A stretch of 35,685 bases of DNA from Octopus sinensis (lineage: Eukaryota): assembly GCF_006345805.1 (NCBI RefSeq), contig NW_021828077.1, forward strand, positions 1 to 35,685, given 5' to 3'. The notes beneath the pieces are model-generated. The model had not been told where the DNA came from. It saw nothing but the letters and a program-made list of their open reading frames with translations, and did not search any database. Positions 11,707-21,532 of this stretch are shown piece by piece. Every line of letters starts with the position of its first letter. Positions within the stretch are counted from its first letter, which is position 1. The position numbers and the translations under genes are program-made.

Positions 11707-11833
11707 CATGCGGTTGCCAATGAATACATGCTACTGACAAAGCTCAAACAGGCAGGAATAGCATCAAGCATTCTCACAGCCGCTGCTCAACGGCGTTTGT
11801 CTGCTACTGATTTAGGTGTATTTTATAAACACG
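11707..11833 (+). CDS. Candidate exon (phase 0 to 1), product unknown
   Basis: tttcctcttag|CAT...CACG|gtaagc; open frame HAVANEYMLLTKLKQAGIASSILTAAAQRRLSATDLGVFYKH. The donor overlaps a foldback element; no homology recognised. Confidence 0.2.
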
Positions 11834-11868
11834 GTAAGCCCATAAGAGATACTATCTCTGGACGAATA

Positions 11869-11995
11869 CCATAATTCAGATAAAAATTCAAAAAAAAAAT
11901 TACAAAAGTAAAAATTGCAAAAATAACAAAAATAATTTTATTTTTGTAATTTTTATTTTTGTAATTTTTTATTTGAATTTTTATCTGAATTATGG
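11869..11995. mobile_element. AT-rich foldback/MITE-like element
   Basis: Perfect 24-bp inverted repeat ccataattcagataaaaattcaaa / tttgaatttttatctgaattatgg; interior also pairs (aaaaattacaaaa subrepeats). Confidence 0.8.
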
Positions 11996-12111
11996 CTTGT
12001 ACTGTAGGGTCCAGCGAGCCTAATTTACACGTACCTATTTTACACATAATTATGGGTTTAAAAAAATTAAAATATAGTTTATAGTATTGAGCGATGATAA
12101 AGTGATATAAG

Positions 12112-12206
12112 GGCCTGATGATTGGGGTTACATTTTAAGAAGGGTTCCAGCAAAACACGGAGTGGTTTAGGAGCCAGGAAATGTACCTCAGGAAACACGT
12201 GTAGCC
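12112..12206 (+). ncRNA. Hammerhead ribozyme-like motif with intact core (type I topology)
   Basis: ggc-CTGATGA(12115-12121)-helix II 12122-12136/12178-12191-GAA-ACAC|GTGT-A(12203)-gcc. All core nucleotides present; helix I is 3 bp. Confidence 0.7.
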
Positions 12207-12621
12207 AACTTATAAAATAGTAGGTATTTAAAATAAGAATTATTTTTAATATGGTGAGATGAAGGAGCCTACTATCTTTAAATTAATATATATATTTCTT
12301 CATTGAGGATAATTTGAACCCCTGTTATGCCAGAATTTTTATCCCCTAACAAATAAAATTAAATAATATATATATATATATATATACAAAAACACACACA
12401 TGCATATGTCTGTCTGTCTATTTACGAGCGTGTGTTTATGTGTGTATAACTGATCTTCTCTATTACTGCAAACCCATAATATTCAGCACTAATAAGCGAC
12501 CACTGCTCCATAACCGACAGGATTGTGCCAAAGTTCAAGTAGACGACCGAGAAACATCACGATGACGACGACGACCACCTCCACCACCACAAACGCCACA
12601 TCCCCACCACCAACAGCAAGT

Positions 12622-13003
12622 GGAGGCACCATGGCCCAGTGGTTAGGGAGGCGGACTCGCGGTCGGAGGATCGCGGTTTCAATTCCCAGACCGGGCGTTG
12701 TGTGTGTTTATTGAGCGAAAACACCTAAAGCTCCACGAGGCTCCGGCAGGGGGTGGTGGCGACCCCTGTTGTACTCTTTCGCCCCAACTTTCTCTCACTC
12801 TTTCTTCCTGTTTCTTGTTCCCGACTTCCTACGAAATCGCTGAGCCTGGATGCGCATTCATCCATCCGTCGATGCTCTCGGTGTCGGGGATTGACCTGCC
12901 TATCTCTTCTGCGGCTCTTACGAATAGCAAAGGACCACGTTTCGGACTTCTCCCATCTTGCGAGCTCTGGAACGAAGACCGTTCGCTCAACAGCAACAAC
13001 AAC
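12622..13003 (+). mobile_element. tRNA-derived SINE with alternative 3' tail ending in (CAA)n
   Basis: A box tggcccagtggttagg, B box ggtttcaattccc; head and body shared with 16271 and 19245; possible 9-bp TSD caacagcaa (12611-12619 / 12988-12996) in low-complexity context. Confidence 0.9.
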
Positions 13004-13238
13004 CGGCAACCACCAACAGTAAAAGCGCCACCAAAACAACAACTACCACCACATACAAATACCTACAACCACAACTCTCCCGATAACGATGACGACGACG
13101 ACGAAGGAAACCACCATGATCCCCCCACACACACAACCGCCGCAGCCACCACAATGATCACCGCCACCACCAACACCACCATCAATCTTGACAACGCGGT
13201 AACATCGACAGTGGCTTGATATTAATGTTTTTGAGGAA

Positions 13239-13305
13239 TATAGACTCTTACAGAATGGCGGTTTCGGTATTGAAGCCCATTGCTAATTAATGGAGAGTGT
13301 AGAAT
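13239..13305. repeat. Inverted repeat, left copy (partner 16122-16189)
   Basis: About 80% identity by eye to the reverse complement of 16122-16189, with a perfect 20-bp core cccattgctaattaatggag. Confidence 0.85.
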
Positions 13306-13374
13306 ACGCACACACACACATCCTCACATGTACGTAAATCTATGTATATATATTATATATATATATTATAATAT

Positions 13375-13426
<52 letters not shown>

Positions 13427-13462
13427 ATATACATACATACATACATATATATATTTATAATT

Positions 13463-13493
<31 letters not shown>

Positions 13494-13537
13494 GTATATA
13501 CATATATATATATATATATATATACATACATATATAT

Positions 13538-13568
<31 letters not shown>

Positions 13569-13701
13569 ATAATATATATAATATATGTGGTGTGTGTGTA
13601 TATATATGTATATATATATATTACATGTATATATATGTATATATATATATAGATAGATATAACATTACACACACATACACACACACACACACACACGCTC
13701 A

Positions 13702-13734
<33 letters not shown>

Positions 13735-13867
13735 CATTTACATATACATAAGTATATATGCGTACATACATACATATATATAGATATGCACCTGAGCACT
13801 GTATACAACAATTCCTCCCATACCGGCTACTCTTTGATACTCTTTCGAAACGCCTACTCTTCCCTAG

Positions 13868-13930
13868 AAGCATGCATGCAGTGTGTTGCTAATCATCAGT
13901 TATTAGTGATTAATGACGAGGATAAAATAA
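13868..13930 (+). CDS. Candidate 63-bp exon (phase 1 to 1), product unknown
   Basis: Long pyrimidine tract ending ctactcttccctag|AAG (NAGNAG), consensus donor |gtaagt at 13931; only the phase-1 frame is open: [21 protein letters not shown]. Confidence 0.35.
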
Positions 13931-14025
13931 GTAAGTTCTATAGTAAGACACTTTAGGATTATAAATCAAATGCTGTCTCTGATAAATAGTATGGCGCGTG
14001 TGTGTATGTGTGTGTGCGTGCGTGC

Positions 14026-14077
<52 letters not shown>

Positions 14078-14264
14078 TTTAGTGAAGAGAGAAGAGAATA
14101 AGACAGAATATAAAAGATACATCCACACATTCAAGAGCATACATAGGTACACACACTTCTTTTGTGATCACACGTGGTTTGTCGATAAACACACACATAA
14201 ACTCTCTCTAACCAACTGTCCAATTCTTTCGTTTTTTCGCTCTCTCGTTCTTTCTTAATGTATG

Positions 14265-14314
<50 letters not shown>

Positions 14315-14459
14315 TGTATTACATGGAAAAATGCGAGCAAGAGAAATAATATTCTTAAGATTATAAACCTAGAAAATTACAGGACAAGTTATTACACTTG
14401 GAAAAGCTCAGGACAACTCAGTACGTGTGGTGAAGTACAGAACAAGAAAATCTTTACTT

Positions 14460-14600
14460 GTTTCAGTTTCTGTGCACCAAACCAACCACCAAACCAACCA
14501 CAAGGCTTTGTCGGTCTGGGTCTATAGTAGAAGACACATGCTGACATAGTGGGACTGAATGCGGAACTATATGGTTGGGATGGAAACTTCTTACACAAAC
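14460..14600 (-). mobile_element. Diverged SINE (family of 16651-16804), inside duplication copy 1
   Basis: tctatagtagaagacac...gtgggactgaa motifs. Confidence 0.7.
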
Positions 14601-14892
14601 GCAGAAAGAGATATTGAGAGACAAGGGTTACATACATGGCCATCTAGTCGAAAATTTGGCTTTGTATAGACGTGGCTACTGTTCCTCCTCCACCGAACCG
14701 TGACACTTCATATAAATATCTTTTACAGTAGCCGTCAGTTGACTTATTCCTTACGTCAGTTGACTTATTCCTAGTTCGTTCCAGGAATACGAACTAGGAA
14801 CGTAACAAACATGAGAATTGTGGAAACGCGCGTAGCGATGCATTAATATATTTATAAATTCCATCTATGGATTATTATTATTATTATTATTA

Positions 14893-14953
<61 letters not shown>

Positions 14954-15031
14954 TTTGCATACATACGCAGGCGTAGCTGAAATCCATCTCGAGTGTGTGT
15001 TGTGTGTGTGTGTGTATGTGTGTGTGCGTGC

Positions 15032-15070
<39 letters not shown>

Positions 15071-15269
15071 GTGTGAGTGTGTTTTAGTGAAGAGAGAAGA
15101 GAATAAGACAGAATATAAAAGATACATCCACACATTCAAGAGCATACATAGGTACACACACTTCTTTTGTGATCACACGTGGTTTGTCGATAAACACACA
15201 CATAAACTCTCTCTAACCAACTGTCCAATTCTTTCGTTTTTTCGCTCTCTCGTTCTTTCTTAATGTATG

Positions 15270-15329
<60 letters not shown>

Positions 15330-15472
15330 TGTATTACATGGAAAAATGCGAGCAAGAGAAATAATATTCTTAAGATTATAAACCTAGAAAATTACAGGAC
15401 AAGTTATTACACTTGGAAAAGCTCAGGACAACTCAGTACGTGTGGTGAAGTACAGAACAAGAAAATCTTTAC

Positions 15473-15615
15473 TTGTTTCAGTTTCTGTGCACCAAACCAA
15501 CCACCAAACTAACCACAAAGCTTTGTCGGTCTGGGTCTATAGTAGAAGACACATGCTGACATAGTGGGACTGAATGCGGAACTATATGGTTGAGAAGGAA
15601 CCTTCTTACACAAAC
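15473..15615 (-). mobile_element. Diverged SINE, inside duplication copy 2
   Basis: Duplicate of 14460-14600. Confidence 0.7.
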
Positions 15616-15880
15616 GCAGAAAGAGATATTGAGAGACAAGGGTTACATACATGGCCATCTAGTCGAAAATTTGGCTTTGTATTCACGTGGCTACTGTTCC
15701 TCCTCCACCGAGCCGTGACACTTCATATAAATATCTTTTACAGTAGCCGTCAGTTGACTTATTCCTTACGAATAAATGAATGGGTTCGTTCCAGGAATAC
15801 GAACTAGGAACGTAACAAACATGAGAATTGTGGAAACGCGCGTAGCGATGCATTAATATATTTATAAATTCCATCTATGG

Positions 15881-15942
<62 letters not shown>

Positions 15943-16067
15943 TTTGCATACATACGCAGGCGTAGCTGAAATCCATCTTGAGTATGTGTGTGTATGTGTG
16001 TGTGCGCGCGTGTGTGTGTATGTGTGTGTGTGCGTGTATGTATGTGTATATTTATTGTATTTTTCCT

Positions 16068-16103
16068 TTTTTTGATGAAGTATTAACATCTGAAACGTTA
16101 AGA
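16068..16103 (+). ncRNA. Degenerate hammerhead-like motif
   Basis: tttt-tTGATGA-ag(tattaacat)ct-GAA-AC|GT-T-aaga; C3 is changed to T and helix II is weak. Confidence 0.35.
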
Positions 16104-16121
16104 CACATTCTGTTTCCGGAA

Positions 16122-16189
16122 AGTCTAACACCCTCCATTAATTAGCAATGGGTTTCAGTACTGAAAACGCCATATTGTAAAGGTCTATA
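16122..16189. repeat. Inverted repeat, right copy (partner 13239-13305)
   Basis: See left copy. Confidence 0.85.
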
Positions 16190-16270
16190 GCATTGAGGTA
16201 AAACTTCGTACGTTAAACCTTCCCCATTCTGTGCTGTCCTTTCTTAATTCCCATTGCATTTACACTATGT

Positions 16271-16561
16271 GGAGGCGCAATGGCCCAGTGGTTAGGGCAG
16301 CGGACTCGCGGTTGTAGGATCGCAGTTTCGATTCCCAGACCGGGCGTTGTGAATGTTTATTGAGCGAAAACTCCGGCAGGGGGTGATGGCGATCCCTGCT
16401 GTATCTTTCGCCACAACTTTCTTTCAATCTTTCATCTGTTGGCGTGCTCGCTTAGCCAGCGGGGTGGCGTCATTTGAAGGCTAATACAATGCGAAGCTCA
16501 TTGTGACCAGCGATGTGTAGCAACATCTGACAGCCTGGTCGGTCACAGTGATCACGGTGAT
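16271..16561 (+). mobile_element. tRNA-derived SINE, full length, with 10-bp TSD
   Basis: A and B boxes, gtgatcac-type tail, TSD tttacactat at 16259-16268 and 16561-16570. Confidence 0.92.
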
Positions 16562-16594
16562 TTACACTATACACATGCATACATAAACGCATAT

Positions 16595-16648
<54 letters not shown>

Positions 16649-16650
16649 AC

Positions 16651-16804
16651 GACGGCTTCTTTCAGTTTCCGTCTACCAAATCCACTCACAGGCTTTGTAG
16701 AAGCTATAGTAGAAGACACTTGCCCAAGGTGCCACGCAGTGGGACTGAACCCGGAACCATGTGGTTGGTGAGCAAGCTACTTACCACACAGCCACTTCTA
16801 CGCC
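16651..16804 (-). mobile_element. tRNA-derived SINE (ggctgtgtggtaag head family), internally deleted
   Basis: Minus strand: gctgtgtggtaagtagcttgct..catggttccgggttcagtcccactgcgtggcaccttgggcaagtgtcttctactatagc. Confidence 0.88.
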
Positions 16805-16916
16805 TATATGTATAAATTTTTGTATATATATTTATGCGCTTTTATATGTAAAGCTATATATGAATCAAAACAGTCAAACATTAATTGAATAGTTAACACT
16901 TCGCACTCACACATAA

Positions 16917-17245
16917 GCGGCGCGCGCGTGGTATAGTATAATAACATATAATAAAAGTTGGATAGGCGGCTGTTAATGAGATCAAAGTATTTATAAATTC
17001 GTTATACAGAAGCGAGTATAAATATAATTATGAAGAAAAACTGAAAAAGATAAAAAAAAAAGCCGGAAAACGGAAGTTCATAGGAGTTGTTCATAGATCG
17101 GTAGATATCCGGAAAGTTCATAGTTTACTATCAAAGAGTAAAGAGAGCAGAATTTGCGTTACAGCTCTGCAGAAATTAGGTGGTCTGTAAATACAGTAGC
17201 GTGTGCGTTGAGCGTAGACTATTCATGAAATAAATTGATGTAAGC
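16917..17245 (+). promoter_or_regulatory. Possible Pol II promoter / first non-coding exon
   Basis: Non-repetitive island with gcggcgcgcgcg (16917), tataaata (17017), ETS-like ccggaa/cggaagt (17063, 17071, 17109) and donor-like |gtaagc (17240). Motif inference only. Confidence 0.22.
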
Positions 17246-17649
17246 AAATGTATTTAAAATAACACAAATTTAAATTATGGTATCACCTACCTCATCATCA
17301 GGAGGAAATATTTCCTTCCGATAATGATGTGGGTGATACTATATGTTTTTTTTAATATTTATTTATAAGAATTTAACTTATAGGCTAAAAGATGGTTTCT
17401 AGCAAAGAATATTAGCTTTCGCAGTAGAAATTAAAAAAAACAAAAAAAACAAGAATAATTGTTACATATTGAATTTTAAGAACGTATAGCGTGTTTTTCC
17501 TGTTCTACTTAGAGATTTAATCTCAATAGTGCATGTTAACTAGTCTCTTATTCTTTTCTTGAAAATCTTAGCATTTCCAGAGTGTTCTTTACAAATGCAC
17601 CGATAATTATTAGGAAGAATGTATGTATATAAGTGTATAAAGTTAATCC

Positions 17650-17845
17650 AAACATGAAAACACAAAGAGAAAACACAACAACGCGAGGACGTGGAACAAA
17701 TATAGTATTATTGGACGCTCAGGAAAAGAAGGACAGAAGGAGGGTTCAACGTTTCGAGCGGAGCTCTTCGTCAGAAACACAGGAAAAGGAAAGACCCAAG
17801 GAAGGGAAGACGGAGGAAAAAAAAATCGCCAACGGTAACGGTACA
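17650..17845 (-). mobile_element. Penelope-like pLTR-type repeat
   Basis: Contains the hammerhead motif below; shares ttcctgagcgt..taatac..tttgtt with 19570-19710. Confidence 0.6.
17744..17778 (-). ncRNA. Minimal hammerhead ribozyme-like motif
   Basis: gttt-CTGACGA-a-GAGC-tcc-GCTC-GAA-AC|GT-T-gaac. Intact core, extra A after A9, 2-bp self-complementary helix III, 4-bp helix I. Confidence 0.72.
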
Positions 17846-18386
17846 CACGCGGTCACATTTTGAATGTGTATATATGTATGTGAGTGTATGTTTGTGTGTG
17901 TGTATGTGTGTATGATGTATACCTATATATATGTATGTCTATTTACATGTGTATATATGTATGTATGTGTATGCGTGTATATGTGTAAGTTTGAATGATT
18001 CATTCTAGGAACAATATATAGGCAATATACACCCGCTGTTTGTATACACACTGCACTCACATATATACGCTTTTAAGCACTTAAAGTTAACTAATTGACG
18101 CTATTTATCAAACCAGCGAGGGAGATTAACAGATTTATATATCCTAATACACCTTCTGATTGTGTATGCATGTACACATGTATGTCCATATGCATGTGTG
18201 TATGTATATTTGCTTACATGTATGCATGTGTGTATGTTTGTATACATGTATGACGTATGTATGCTTTTGTGCATTTCTATGTATGTGTATATGAATATGC
18301 ACGTAATACGTACATGAACTATACGTATGCACTGTGTACGCATGCATGTCGATATTTCTCTCTCTGTCTCTGGCTCTCTGGGTCTT

Positions 18387-18450
<64 letters not shown>

Positions 18451-18547
18451 ACAGTCAACTTTCCCAAGGAAAAGATTAATAGTCATATATGCATACACAT
18501 ACATGCGCACACACACACACACACATACATATACATATAGACAAATA

Positions 18548-18630
18548 AATGAATGAGTTCGTTCCAGGAATACGAACTAGGAACGTATCGCGTAGCGATA
18601 CGTTAATATATTTATAAATTCCATCTATGG

Positions 18631-18670
<40 letters not shown>

Positions 18671-18712
18671 TATTACTATTATTATTTCTGCATATATACG
18701 CAGGCGTAGCTG
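18548..18712 (+). repeat. Third partial copy of the module ending each tandem-duplication unit
   Basis: aataaatgaatgagttcgttccaggaatacgaactaggaacgta...taatatatttataaattccatctatgg(att)n...atacgcaggcgtagctg, matching ~15771-15967. Confidence 0.9.
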
Positions 18713-18772
18713 TGTGGTAAGGAGCTTGCTTTCCAAAAACACGAGTCCAGTTCAGTTCTAGTGCGTGGCACC
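18700..18772 (+). mobile_element. SINE 5' head (family of 16651-16804)
   Basis: gcaggcgtagctgtgtggtaaggagcttgctttcc...gtgcgtggcacc. Confidence 0.75.
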
Positions 18773-18789
18773 GGGGTGTTTCAAATGCG

Positions 18790-19130
18790 ATGTCTTCGTT
18801 GGATCCTTGTTGTCTCAAACAACAACATCCGAGAACAATGCTAGCAGCAGTCAACCATTGAAGACCAAGGTTAGCCTCATCTGAAGAATGAGCACCAGAG
18901 AACTTTCACATCAGCTTTTGTGGAGGGTAGCGACTCACGCACTGGAGAATCCAGCGCAGCGCGGCAAAGAAAACATGGGTGAAACAAATTTAGGAAGACC
19001 TGTATTCGGTGCGCCTCGATCTCAAGAATGCTAAGGCAAGCGGCATGGATTGGAAAGCGTGGAATAACATCATCACCCGAGTCCATCACCCAGCGGCACT
19101 CACGACAGCGTTTCGCTTGAGAGGAGAACC
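18790..19130 (+). mobile_element. RTE-type LINE, 3' fragment
   Basis: Broken translation VSNNNIREQC*QQSTIE ... KTWVKQI*EDLYSVRLDLKNAKASGMDWKAWNNII resembles the RTE C-terminus. Confidence 0.65.
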
Positions 19131-19183
19131 CCCATCTTTGACCGTGAGCTAGGGATTTATTTACATGTGTTTATGTATTGTCG

Positions 19184-19244
<61 letters not shown>

Positions 19245-19252
<8 letters not shown>

Positions 19253-19524
19253 ATCACGTGACCGACAGTCCATCAGATGCGTTCACATTGTTTTAGCCTT
19301 CGAACGACGCCACTCCGCTGGCTAAGCGAGCAGGCCAACAGAAGAAAGAGTGGGAGAAATAGTGGTGAAAGAGTACAGCAGGTATCACCGCCCCCTGCCG
19401 GAGCCTCGTGGAGCTTTTAAGTGTTTTTCGCTCAATAAACACACACAACGCCCGGTCTGGGAATCGAAACCGCGATCCTACGACCGCGAGTCCGCTACCC
19501 TAACCACTGGGCCATTGCGCCTCC
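19245..19524 (-). mobile_element. tRNA-derived SINE, full length (family of 16271)
   Basis: Reverse complement of the 16271 head, body and tail (gtcacgtgatcacgtgat). Confidence 0.92.
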
Positions 19525-19569
19525 ACACACACACACACACACACACACACTAATATATATATGTTTGTT

Positions 19570-19710
19570 CTGTGTACCTTTCTGTAGAAGAGCGTAGGCT
19601 CGAAACCTAAAAGACTTTTTCTATTCCTGAGCGTTATACTAATACATCTGTTTGTTTTGTACACCACCCGTCTTCGTCTTTTGTTTTTTTTTGTAAACTT
19701 TCCCTATATA
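19570..19710 (+). mobile_element. Penelope-like pLTR-type repeat with hammerhead variant at 19578-19613
   Basis: cttt-CTGTAGA-a-GAGC-gtag-GCTC-GAA-AC|cT-A-aaag; same family as 31396-31560. Confidence 0.65.
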
Positions 19711-21005
19711 TATATATATATGTCTGTTTGTGTGTGTGTGTCTGAACATGTGTGTGTATCTATATATGTGTATTTGTGTACGCGCGTGTGTGTGTATGTG
19801 TGAGTGAGTGTGTGTGTGTAACTTATATATCTTAGATATGTTTCAGCTATGTCTGACTTAACAGCGCCACCTGATAGGATCTGTCGAGTTATTTTAAAGA
19901 CAATTTTTAAGGGATCATGGTTTATTCAAGTAGAATATTGTTCTTGACTTAAATGCAACTAGATATGATTGGCTTATTTGGTATCCCTCGAAGGAATTTG
20001 TCCGAACACCAAGTCATTCCTGATGGAGCCGACCTATTATTAAAGGTGTTGCAGCTGTGACAGCTGATTTCTTCCTTGAAACACTCCTTCTCTGCTTCAT
20101 TATCCAATGCACCATTCCTCTCTTGGTGTGATTCGAGGTAGATTTAGCTGCTAGCTTTAGAAAGTCAAACTACCTCATAGAAGGACACACATAGGCACGA
20201 AAGAACAAATGTGAAACAATAATTTTTCTAAGATGGTAGGGTGAGATTGGAAGTAGATTTGGCTGCTTGTTTTAGCATGTAAAACTACCACTCCAAAACT
20301 ATCCCTCGTTGGCACTAATTTATAAGTTCTTCGCAATCGGTAATTTTATTTCTGTATGTAAGCATATAGCTATGTAAATAAACAGACGGATAGGTATATA
20401 GACTGTATGAAGACACATATGGAGACACGGATCCACACATATAAAGATACACATCCATACATACAGACATGGTACATAGTTGCATAACACACACACACAC
20501 ACAGGCATGCACACACAAGGAGACAGAGGTGCATACATATACAATCACATGCTCATACACGCACACATAGAAAATACACAAACACGGACATGCAAGCACA
20601 TAAATATGCAGGATACGTACATACAGATGCACACACATACATACATATATACATATGCATACACACACATATATACATACATACACATGCAAACACACAC
20701 ATACATACATGCGTACATGCATGCATGTATAGGCACACACACACGAACACTGACCCACACACATGTGCACAAGGGAACGCAGTGTAAATAACGGACAGAG
20801 TCAAGACTATTGTAAAGGTTGCAAGACGCAACGAAAATTTTAGGAAAATAAAAATAAGAAAAAAGTGGAAATTTTACCGGTGTGTGTGTGTTACTTTATA
20901 AGGCACAAAAAGAAAATGACTCTCCCCAGACACAATAGAATATGCTTCAACACACGAACTCATATAAAGAATCTTGCAAACCAAAACCAAAAACGAAAGG
21001 TAATA

Positions 21006-21146
21006 TAAGGTTGTCCCAAAAGTTCGTAGAAAGTCTTGGAAAATAATGGTCTTTATTTTGAGGAATAATTTTTGTTGTTTTTGTTAGTACTTGGCGAGTA
21101 AAAATTCAATTTTCCCAAGTGTTTACGAACTTTTGGGACAACCTAA
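21006..21146. mobile_element. Tc1/mariner-type MITE (141 bp)
   Basis: Perfect 21-bp TIR aggttgtcccaaaagttcgta (21008-21028 / 21124-21144), TA on both flanks (21004-21005, 21147-21148), subterminal cttggaaaat / attttcccaag. Confidence 0.88.
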
Positions 21147-21532
21147 TAAATAGTCAAAGAAATGGCTAGGCTTAACTTTGGACTAAGACAGTTTTGATTT
21201 GAGTTGATATTTTCCTGTGGGCTGATTGCGTTCTTATTTTTATCTCCACTGCGATCGCTTATATTGTCACTTACCCTTTTCTTTTCCTTTTTTTAGTATT
21301 TAGCTCGTGCTTGGGTAATAAATCAAGATTTATCTGCTACTACTGCTTGTATATATGTGTGAGTGGTGTGTGTGTGTGCATGTGTGTGTGCGTGTGTGTG
21401 TGTGTGTGTATAGGTGTGATAAGTATATTTATTTGTTTGGGGTTTATTAATCAAGCGCATCTGTCAGCCAATGGTTATTAAGTTGAGGCGAATACTTATT
21501 GACGTCTCAATCATGTTCAAGTTATTGCTTAG

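Larger units (their letters stand above)
13997..15982. repeat. ~1-kb direct tandem duplication (copies ~13997-14993 and ~14994-15982)
   Basis: Unique sequence agtgaagagagaagagaata... starts at 14081 and 15086; both copies end gaaatccatct(c/t)gag; only a handful of substitutions; breakpoints lie in (TG)n. Confidence 0.95.

Noticed and set aside
12622-12700. tRNA genes (also 4882, 16271, 19524, 21965)
   Set aside because: tRNA-like heads continue into shared SINE bodies and tails, and one has a TSD; no complete acceptor stem seen.
14822-14836. GAA-ACGC|GCGT-A palindrome (also in copy 2) as a half hammerhead
   Set aside because: No upstream core box; absent from the third copy.
17572-17620. 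Candidate 49-nt exon (ISRVFFTNAPIIIRKN)
   Set aside because: Modest splice signals; phase incompatible with neighbouring candidates.
2853-21006. Dozens of ORFs rich in YI, HT, CV, MYV
   Set aside because: Translations of (AT)n, (AC)n and (TATG)n microsatellites; not evidence of coding.
21275-21333. Minus-strand exon ending KKRKRK with a gtaagt donor
   Set aside because: No pyrimidine tract at the acceptor; the basic run comes from a T-rich tract.
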